A stretch of DNA of 64,000 nucleotides from Candidatus Pacearchaeota archaeon (GTDB lineage Archaea; Nanobdellota; Nanobdellia; Pacearchaeales; GW2011-AR1), in NCBI GenBank assembly GCA_018221305.1, contig JAAOYK010000056.1, positions 26,863 to 90,862 on the forward strand, in the 5' to 3' direction. A program made the position numbers and the translations under genes. Each line of letters starts with the position of its first letter. Position 1 is the stretch's first letter. Below the pieces are notes generated by a model. That model had not been told where the DNA came from and searched no databases. It saw only the letters and a program-made list of their open reading frames with translations. Shown piece after piece: positions 56,933 through 64,000 of this stretch.

Positions 56933-57904
56933 TTATTTTTTAAGAAAGGGAAGGGTATTAGCTTCTTGTTCTCCTTCAATAAGTAATACATCAAGATTAG
57001 AAAATTCATTCTCTCCAAATAGCTCCTTTAACTTATCTATTTGACTTCTTAATTCAAATTCATTTTTATGAAATAATTGAATAAAACAATTCGGTTTAGA
57101 CATGGTCAAAAAAAGTGAATTAACAAATTGGGAAGATCTCGCAAAATTTTTTATTTTAGCTTGATTTTCTATAGATAAATTATTGAATTCCAAAGAAATT
57201 ATGGAAAAGAAGTATCCCAATCTTTTCATATCGAATAAAATTCTAGAGCCAAGAATAACTTTCTTTTGATACAACTTTTTTAATTTATATAAAACTAGTT
57301 CTGCAGAAAGATTTATTTTTTTAGCTATATCTATTATTTTAATTCTTCCATCTTCTTCTAAAATCCTTAGTATTTCTAATTCTTTTTGATCTAATTTAAT
57401 CTTCTTTGATTTTTCAGTTATTTCAATGCTCTCCTCCTTTTTATTTTTAAGGAATTTAAGGGGATATTTTTCAATAAAAAAAGGCTTTAAAATCAAATAA
57501 TCTAAAATTAAGCCTTTATCCCTGCCTAGAATGAAATTAAGAGAATCTCTAAAATCTTTCTCATCTTTAAAAATAAGATTCAAAAAGAGATCATATTTAT
57601 TAAAAACAGCCCCACTAGAGATACAATGTTTACTTTGCTTGAACTCTTTTTCAAAAGCCTTAATTTTCTCCTTATCTGAAAATTTTAAGAATAAGATAAC
57701 TAAATAATTATAACCTAAAGATTCATAATTAAAAAACGTTGCAAATTTCTTGATTATGCCTTTTTCCAAGTACTTTTTTATTTTATAGTCTACTTGTTCT
57801 CTAGATAATTTCGTTTCCTTAGCTATTTTTGTTAAAGACTCCCGATTATTGTGATACAAATATGAAATGAGTTTTATATCTAACGGTTTAAGAGATTTTT
57901 CCAT
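56933..57904 (-). CDS. tandem Lrp/AsnC-family transcriptional regulator
   Basis: Two HTH-RAM repeats (IAKETKLSREQVDYKIK; IAKKINLSAELVLYKLK). Confidence 0.88.
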   Translation of the reverse strand: MEKSLKPLDIKLISYLYHNNRESLTKIAKETKLSREQVDYKIKKYLEKGIIKKFATFFNYESLGYNYLVILFLKFSDKEKIKAFEKEFKQSKHCISSGAVFNKYDLFLNLIFKDEKDFRDSLNFILGRDKGLILDYLILKPFFIEKYPLKFLKNKKEESIEITEKSKKIKLDQKELEILRILEEDGRIKIIDIAKKINLSAELVLYKLKKLYQKKVILGSRILFDMKRLGYFFSIISLEFNNLSIENQAKIKNFARSSQFVNSLFLTMSKPNCFIQLFHKNEFELRSQIDKLKELFGENEFSNLDVLLIEGEQEANTLPFLKK

Positions 57905-58026
57905 ATTTTTAATGTATATTTTTAGTATATAAAATTATCTATTAAATAAAGATTAAACTAAATTTATTTCTTTTATTCGTATTTTACCTAAGAATACTTT
58001 AAATATCTTTTAAATATAAGTCAATT

Positions 58027-58986
58027 ATGGCAAAAACTACATTAGTGGGACAAGTTGAATCGCAATTTGAACCTATCTCTAATCAGATCACGGAAACCGG
58101 AAGTTTGGCTAAATATGTTTCTGATTCTCTTATGGATAAAACACCTAGGATTTCTCCAGAGTTGTTTGGTCTATCAAGAAAAGCTAACCTTAATTTAACC
58201 CCTGAACAAGAAGGTCATATATGCAATGAATATCTTGGACATTATAGCCCCGCATTTACATACAGAATTAGCAGGGAAGATTTCAAATATGCCTTTTTAG
58301 ATTCAACAAAAATAAGTGTTGATGCAAAGATCCCTTACTTTGCTTATGCTATTCTACCAGATAATAAAGAAGTCATTTTCTCTAAATCTGCAATAATTAC
58401 TGCTTTAGATAAATTTGATATTTCAACAAGTAATAGGGATCATCCTTTCAAAGAGTATACCGATCTTGTCATAAGTCATAACAATCATTCTTCATCCTTT
58501 TCTGGATTAATCGAGGATAAAGATATAGATGGGAAAAACCTGAAGAAATATTCCTTCCCTTCAAAATCTTACGGAAATGTTAGCCTAGATGTTAATGCAA
58601 AATGGACAGCTCCATTCAAATTAGATGTCTTGACTAAAGTCCCAGAGATTCCAGAATCTTTTATAGCCCTTGGAGATGAAGCTATATCTGCCTACTATAC
58701 TGCCCTAAAAAACGCACCAAAAAAGTTAAGGCAAAAAACTTCTCTAATTTCCCCAAGAATAGGTGTATTGTGGGTTCCTAGCAACGCATCTTTATGTTGT
58801 GTCGGAAAAATTCCAAAGGCTAAATCACCCCCAAGAATAAAAGGAGATCCAATCCTAGTTTTAGACATACCTGACAAAGATAAAAGTCATAAACATGCTA
58901 TTGCCGCATGGAATATAGATGAAGAACTCCCATTTAAATATTGGATCACAGAATTTAGTGAAGGAGCACTGGGAAATATAAAATGA
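58027..58986 (+). CDS. hypothetical protein
   Basis: 319 aa; C-terminal GDPILV...IAAW motif. Confidence 0.75.
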   Translation: MAKTTLVGQVESQFEPISNQITETGSLAKYVSDSLMDKTPRISPELFGLSRKANLNLTPEQEGHICNEYLGHYSPAFTYRISREDFKYAFLDSTKISVDAKIPYFAYAILPDNKEVIFSKSAIITALDKFDISTSNRDHPFKEYTDLVISHNNHSSSFSGLIEDKDIDGKNLKKYSFPSKSYGNVSLDVNAKWTAPFKLDVLTKVPEIPESFIALGDEAISAYYTALKNAPKKLRQKTSLISPRIGVLWVPSNASLCCVGKIPKAKSPPRIKGDPILVLDIPDKDKSHKHAIAAWNIDEELPFKYWITEFSEGALGNIK

Positions 58987-59348
58987 TTTTTGGCGGTTTT
59001 GGAATTTCTGATTCTGAGGGTAGAAAAAAACTTTGCAAGGATAAAGGCAATCTTTTAAATGCGATAGCAGAACATGTAAAAGAACAGTCTACAAGAAAAA
59101 AACTTTCAGATAAGGATCCCTTTGTTCAGTATCTAATAGAATGCTCTGCAAGAGAAAAACTTTTGTTTGGAAAAGCATTAAAAGACTATGGAAATTACAT
59201 GGAATATTGTACTGCTAGAATTGAGGCAAGGTTGGTAAGAAATGCCCTTGAAGATTTTGATAAGGGAGATTATCAAAGTTCCAGAATAAAACCTTATCAA
59301 AGGTTTTTGATAGATATTATAGAAGGAAAAGACCCACAAATAAAATAG
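58983..59348 (+). CDS. hypothetical protein
   Basis: ATGA overlap with the upstream gene. Confidence 0.7.
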   Translation: MIFGGFGISDSEGRKKLCKDKGNLLNAIAEHVKEQSTRKKLSDKDPFVQYLIECSAREKLLFGKALKDYGNYMEYCTARIEARLVRNALEDFDKGDYQSSRIKPYQRFLIDIIEGKDPQIK

Positions 59349-59491
59349 CCAAAAAATAGCCCGAGTCCCATCAATTCATCACAACATAGAGGTCATCGGC
59401 AGGGGCATTTTATCATCTTGAATGAATTGGGTGTTTTTTGTAAAAGTAAATTATTTAAACAAAGAAACTAATTTAATTAAGAGGTGTTATA

Positions 59492-60196
59492 ATTGTAAAA
59501 AATCCTTTTAAAATAGTAAGGCTAAAAGAGCTTGAAACATTAATCTGTCTTTCCTCGAATCCAAAAAGATTTATCTTAAGAAAAAAAGATTTTCATAAAC
59601 ATTTAAAATTTGGAGATGCTATATTTTCTTTAAATTTACCACATAGAAAAGGAACCGGGGCCAAGGTGGTTATGAAAGTAACCAGATCCCGAATAAATCA
59701 TGTGGAAATGTATGTCGGAAGAGGAAAGGTAATCAACGGTCTTGTTAATCGAGCGTTCATAGATTATGAAAAATTAATGGACATGAAAAATCAAGTTCTA
59801 GTCGTATTAAGAGCAGATTTGTCCCCGATACAAAAAAAGAAATTACACCGAGTTGTGGATGAGGTATTAAAATCTAAACCTCGATATAATTTAAGGGGAT
59901 TAGTTGGCCATGCAATTTATAGGGCTACTGGATTTTTTCCTCGATGGCTAAACCGTACTGGGCGCTTTTTTTGTTCAGAACTAGTTTATGAATGTTACCT
60001 GAAAGCAGGATTTAAATTAGGCGAGCACGAACATAGCGAATTTGTTTCTCCTACTGATATGTTTGAGTCAGATAAACTCCAAATGATATTTTTATTAGAT
60101 GGTATTAATGGGATAAAATTGTCGCGAAAAACAAGGGATTCCAACAAAAAGATAAAAAGAGAAACTAAGAAATTATTATTAAAAAAAATCAAATAA
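59492..60196 (+). CDS. permuted papain-like (YiiX/YaeF, NlpC/P60) amidase; start uncertain
   Basis: LKFGDAIF, SRINHVEMY, FFCSELVYECY, VSPTD; frame open from 59477, GAGGTG SD at 59481-59486. Confidence 0.75.
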   Translation: MVKNPFKIVRLKELETLICLSSNPKRFILRKKDFHKHLKFGDAIFSLNLPHRKGTGAKVVMKVTRSRINHVEMYVGRGKVINGLVNRAFIDYEKLMDMKNQVLVVLRADLSPIQKKKLHRVVDEVLKSKPRYNLRGLVGHAIYRATGFFPRWLNRTGRFFCSELVYECYLKAGFKLGEHEHSEFVSPTDMFESDKLQMIFLLDGINGIKLSRKTRDSNKKIKRETKKLLLKKIK

Positions 60197-60284
60197 GTTC
60201 TATCAATTGATCGTAACATCCTATTATTTTGGACTAGTGACAAAAAATAAGTTTTATAAATGAATTCTAACTCTGCATATCGCT

Positions 60285-61082
60285 ATGAAGACCAAAACTA
60301 AGAAACAAGAAAGACTTGGAAGATTAACAGAACTAATCCAAGAATCTAAACCTCTATCTGGGGATAGAAAAGAAAAAATCAAATCTGCGGCAGCAGAACT
60401 GCTTGAAGAGGGTTGGTTATTCTGGGCGTATGAAGGATTCAGCCGGATTAATTCAAGGGAAGGATTGCTTCAAGTAATTAAAGAAGCTGACAAGAAACCT
60501 GATGCAGTAACTTTAAATGAAGCGACCGCATCATATATTGGAAGCGAGACATATCTAAGAAATCTAAACTGTTTCTATTCTTGGGCAGAAGAAATCGGAT
60601 TTCCAAACCGATATGCTTTTGAATTACCAAAAGTTCTAAAAATGGCATATTCCCTTTCACAAGAATATGATTTAGGGGTGGGAATTGCTAAGGGGGGACT
60701 TTATTCAACTTACGTTTTCAATTTAATGGGATTAGATGTAAAAGTTGCAGAATCGCATAAACAAGAAATTGGGGAATCTTTTAATTGGATAAGTCAATTT
60801 TCCCCATCAGACATTCAAAACAAGAGGGTTTTGGTCTTAGATAAAGATGTTGATGGTGGCAGAACAAGTAAAAAGGTTTTAGAAACATTACAAAAATATA
60901 AACCTCAGAAAATAAGCCTTGCTTTAAATATTGAACCCGTAGATGAAAGATTTTTTACTGGGGGGGGAACAATGATGTCTAATGTTCCAAGAGGATTTGG
61001 TGAAATTTATTATCCCTCAAAATTTAATTATCAGAATTTTGATGTTGCTGTTGAAATATTTTCTGATAAATTGCCGGTTTGA
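60285..61082 (+). CDS. phosphoribosyltransferase-domain protein
   Basis: VGIAKGGL; RVLVLDKDVDGGRT PRPP-binding loop. Confidence 0.8.
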   Translation: MKTKTKKQERLGRLTELIQESKPLSGDRKEKIKSAAAELLEEGWLFWAYEGFSRINSREGLLQVIKEADKKPDAVTLNEATASYIGSETYLRNLNCFYSWAEEIGFPNRYAFELPKVLKMAYSLSQEYDLGVGIAKGGLYSTYVFNLMGLDVKVAESHKQEIGESFNWISQFSPSDIQNKRVLVLDKDVDGGRTSKKVLETLQKYKPQKISLALNIEPVDERFFTGGGTMMSNVPRGFGEIYYPSKFNYQNFDVAVEIFSDKLPV

Positions 61083-61172
61083 TCATTTGATGATACCTTT
61101 TTCGTTATATTTATATAATTCTTTTTTGTTAATAAGGTATGAAACATAAAACAGAAAAAATAAGAAAATAAA

Positions 61173-61739
61173 TTATCCAATTGGAAGAAGTTTTTTTCTG
61201 CGAGATTCATTCAACACTTCTGCCATTGCAAGATATATTGCACTAAATCCGCAGATTATTCCCTCATAGCCTGCAACAATCTTTATCCATGCAATTCCAG
61301 TAAAGTCTCCTATTGCCAATAAAAAGAAAAGGATTGTCAAAGATAGAAAAACAAACTGTAATGCTTTGCTCTTTTTTAAAGTTCCAAAATACATGAATAA
61401 TGTAAAGATGCCCCACAGGCTAAGATATGCTCCCATGGCTATTTTTCCTGGTGCTTGTCCAAGTCCAAATTTTGGCATTACTATTAAAGCAACTAATGTA
61501 AGCCAAAATATTCCATAAGAAGTAAATGCTGTTGTTCCAAATGTATTTCCTTTCCTAAATTCTAAAACTCCTGCTATTATCTGAGCGATTCCTCCAAAAA
61601 ATATTCCCATTGCAAGAATCATACTGCCTAATGCAAAAAATCCTGCATTGTGCAAATTTAATAAAACTGTTGTCATTCCAAAACCCATTAGCCCTAATGG
61701 TGCTGGATTTGCTAATTTTACTACCTCTTTATTTTTCAT
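61173..61739 (-). CDS. satP: acetate/succinate transporter, GPR1/FUN34/YaaH family
   Basis: [16 protein letters not shown] signature. Confidence 0.95.
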   Translation of the reverse strand: MKNKEVVKLANPAPLGLMGFGMTTVLLNLHNAGFFALGSMILAMGIFFGGIAQIIAGVLEFRKGNTFGTTAFTSYGIFWLTLVALIVMPKFGLGQAPGKIAMGAYLSLWGIFTLFMYFGTLKKSKALQFVFLSLTILFFLLAIGDFTGIAWIKIVAGYEGIICGFSAIYLAMAEVLNESRRKKLLPIG

Positions 61740-61849
61740 CGTTTTAATCTAATCTTATTTTTGAAAGTTAAGATTATATATAAGGTTAACTGTATTTTCA
61801 ATTTTTAAAACAAGCAACATTTTTTAAACTGTGAAAAGTGTTTTGTTTT

Positions 61850-62842
61850 ATGGAAGATGTATATTTTTCTAAGAAAATAAAAAGCATACTTGATAATTTA
61901 GATTTGATGAGTCTTGGGAAAAATGTTGCAATAAAGGTTCATTTTGGAGAAAAAGGTTGTGATACGCATATTAGTCCTGAGGTAGTAAAGGCAGTATATG
62001 AGAAGGTTTTGTCATGTGGTAAGACGGCTTCGTTGGTTGAATGTAATACTCTTTATAAGGGAGAACGTACCACTAGTACGAATCATATTAAACTTGCAAA
62101 AGAACATGGTTTTGGTTTTGCTCCAATAGATATTTTGGACGGGGAATATGGGCAGGATTATGTTGAAATAAATGGTTGCAAGATCGGAAAAGGAATAAAA
62201 AAATATGATTCAATGATTGTTTTAACACATTTTAAAGGGCATATCATGGCCGGTTTTGGGGGCGCAATAAAAAATATTGGTATGGGGCTTGGAAGTCGAG
62301 CTGGGAAGCTTTATATGCATGCTAACATAAAACCTACTGTAAATAGTGAGGTCTGTACTGGTTGCGGGATTTGTGTAAAAAATTGTAATGAAAATGCAAT
62401 AACGATTATTGATGGTAAGGCATATATTGATCATGAGAAATGTGTTGGTTGTGCAATGTGTATTGCTGTTTGTCCTAATGAATCTATAGAAATCGCCTGG
62501 GATAGCCATACTGGGGAAGAAATTCAAGAAAAAACTTCTCAGTATGCAAACGGCGTGGTAAGTGCGTTTAAAAAGAATCAAATTGTTTACGTTAATGTCT
62601 TAGAAAATATAACTACTGATTGTGATTGTTTGGGTGAGAAGCAAGAGCCTATAATGAAAGATGTAGGTATTTTAATGTCAAAGGATATTGTTGCAATTGA
62701 CAAGGCAAGTTTGGATTTAGTAAGAAAGCATTCTGGTGATGAATTTGATCAAATTAATCTTATTAATAAAGATAATCAGATTAAGTGTGCTATTGAAAAC
62801 AATTTAGGATCTAGCAAATATAATTTAATTGATTTGGATTAA
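61850..62842 (+). CDS. DUF362 iron-sulfur protein with 2x[4Fe-4S] ferredoxin insert
   Basis: KVHFGE, THFKGH..AGFGGAIKN, CTGCGICVKNC, CVGCAMCIAVCP, DCDC. Confidence 0.92.
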   Translation: MEDVYFSKKIKSILDNLDLMSLGKNVAIKVHFGEKGCDTHISPEVVKAVYEKVLSCGKTASLVECNTLYKGERTTSTNHIKLAKEHGFGFAPIDILDGEYGQDYVEINGCKIGKGIKKYDSMIVLTHFKGHIMAGFGGAIKNIGMGLGSRAGKLYMHANIKPTVNSEVCTGCGICVKNCNENAITIIDGKAYIDHEKCVGCAMCIAVCPNESIEIAWDSHTGEEIQEKTSQYANGVVSAFKKNQIVYVNVLENITTDCDCLGEKQEPIMKDVGILMSKDIVAIDKASLDLVRKHSGDEFDQINLINKDNQIKCAIENNLGSSKYNLIDLD

Positions 62843-62845
62843 AAT

Positions 62846-63457
62846 TTATAGGTCAATTCGTATCTTGATAGAATTAATAAGTTCGCCCATGTTTCGTCGC
62901 CGCCTTTTAGCTAATTGGTTTTCAAATGAAGCGTTCCAGTTTATGACATATTTTCGCCAGTTCCTATTTTCTAGCTTTTTTGAATGTTTGCCAAAAAATA
63001 CATTAATCTGTTTGTCAGTGAATGGATCTTTCCTGCTTTCGATAACCAAATGTGGGACCTCATTAAGGTATTTTTTGTTTAAAAGTGAATATGCAACCAG
63101 TGTGTGATGTCCATCAAAAATAAGCCATTCGTTTTTGTTTGTCTTGACTAACTTAATGTTTGGTATGCCTGACTTTGCAAAAACATGTCGGCCGCTTTCT
63201 ATTAATCTTACAAGGCGTTTTATTTTTTTTATTTTTAATCCGTTTTCATCATGAAGATTAATTATTTTTTTTATTTGAATCTCATCCTTAACTTTTGCTT
63301 TTGTACATTTAAATTTAGACTTTGCAAATATTTCGTCTTCAAAAAAGCCAAGAGCATCATAGATTGTTTCTTCATAAGGCGGCACCATTACTAAATCTGT
63401 TTTAAAAACAAAGTTGCCGATTAATGGAACAGCAAAGTAAACTAATTTTGAACCCAT
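62846..63457 (-). CDS. hypothetical protein with ParB/Srx-like motif
   Basis: PNIKLV...LIFDGHH. Confidence 0.65.
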   Translation of the reverse strand: MGSKLVYFAVPLIGNFVFKTDLVMVPPYEETIYDALGFFEDEIFAKSKFKCTKAKVKDEIQIKKIINLHDENGLKIKKIKRLVRLIESGRHVFAKSGIPNIKLVKTNKNEWLIFDGHHTLVAYSLLNKKYLNEVPHLVIESRKDPFTDKQINVFFGKHSKKLENRNWRKYVINWNASFENQLAKRRRRNMGELINSIKIRIDL

Positions 63458-63554
63458 TTTGTAGATTTACAAAAAGAAATTAGCATTTAAAGTTATCTGT
63501 AGCAAGATTTCATTGAAAAACATTTATTAATGGCCTAGCTTTTGTAATCATAAG

Positions 63555-64000
63555 ATGAAAAAAGGGGATTTTGAAAAAAGAATTATTGTAGGGATTACTG
63601 CGTCTCCTAAAAATGGGAAAGGTTGGAAAAGACAAATTAGGGATATTTACAAATATGGCATAACTCGAGCAGCATTGTTTTTGGAATATATTTCTAAAGC
63701 AGATCGGGTTGTGCTTTACAAATTATTGCTTCATAGTCCAATTAAGGAAATACCCTTAGTTCATATAAGGTCTGATATAAGCAAGGATGAGATTGAGTTT
63801 TTTATTAAGAATTTTAAATCTAAATATTTTACGATTCATGAATCTGATTTTAAGGTATTAAAGAAGTGGAAAGGCGTGCAAAAAAAGTTGTATTTAGAAA
63901 TGAATTTTGATGATGCTGTGTCAAAAAGTGTTAAAGTAGAAAGGATAGGAGGATTTTGTGTTGACTTGGCACATTTTAAAGCGTCAAGTAAAGAAAGAAC
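63555..64000 (+). CDS. TIM-barrel-like hypothetical protein (truncated by window edge)
   Basis: Manual translation MKKGDFEKRIIVGIT...PLVHIR...TIHE...LYLEM...GFCVDLAH. Confidence 0.7.
   Translation, partial: MKKGDFEKRIIVGITASPKNGKGWKRQIRDIYKYGITRAALFLEYISKADRVVLYKLLLHSPIKEIPLVHIRSDISKDEIEFFIKNFKSKYFTIHESDFKVLKKWKGVQKKLYLEMNFDDAVSKSVKVERIGGFCVDLAHFKASSKER

Larger units (their letters stand above)
51644..59408. mobile_element. 7.8-kb integrative element at the tRNA-Glu(UUC) 3' end
   Basis: 12-bp direct repeat CGGCAGGGGCAT at 51644-51655 and 59397-59408; perfect 10-bp internal IR TGGGACTCGG (51677-51686) / CCGAGTCCCA (59361-59370); encodes a tyrosine integrase. Confidence 0.9.

Noticed and set aside
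1-64000. Genome-wide UGA=Trp recoding
   Set aside because: TGA serves as a normal stop in ATGA overlaps (44410, 58986), the Trp codons inspected are TGG, and long genes are uninterrupted under the standard code.
1-64000. CRISPR array or rRNA genes
   Set aside because: No regularly spaced 25-40-bp repeats and no long GC-rich rRNA-like tracts.

Overview
AT-rich archaeal chromosome segment. Gene content (rpo7/spt4/rps24e/rps27ae, archaeal PheRS/GluRS/HisRS, Elp3, ScpA, BRE-TATA promoters, BHB tRNA introns, many small orphan genes) points to a reduced DPANN genome, probably Pacearchaeota/Woesearchaeota-like (inference). It contains about 85 CDS and 7 tRNA genes: Gln-CUG, Glu-CUC, Thr-GGU with intron, Trp-CCA, His-GUG, Ile-UAU with intron and Glu-UUC. 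No rRNA or CRISPR array was seen. The most striking signal is a set of site-specific recombination scars. A 7.8-kb tyrosine-integrase island sits at tRNA-Glu(UUC) with a 12-bp att core and inverted arm sites. Two sibling att-like sites with matching spacing are stacked behind the other tRNA-Glu(CUC), together with a relic of the integrase promoter. An integrase-less 1.1-kb cassette duplicates the 5' end of tRNA-Gln, and a 425-bp one-gene cassette has an arm-core-arm design between pgk and pyrH. Together these suggest an integron-like system of small gene cassettes mobilised in trans. Other points of interest: a TcmP/radical-SAM/PD-(D/E)XK candidate modification-restriction module, an in-frame TGA at a conserved Trp of a two-CW domain, a bacterial-type queuosine salvage cluster (tgt, yhhQ, tRNA-His, hisS), a rare tRNA-Ile(UAU), a GluRS lacking its anticodon-binding domain, a pseudo-receiver/MDH fusion and a candidate ncRNA. 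All family assignments come from motif recognition by eye, not database searches.
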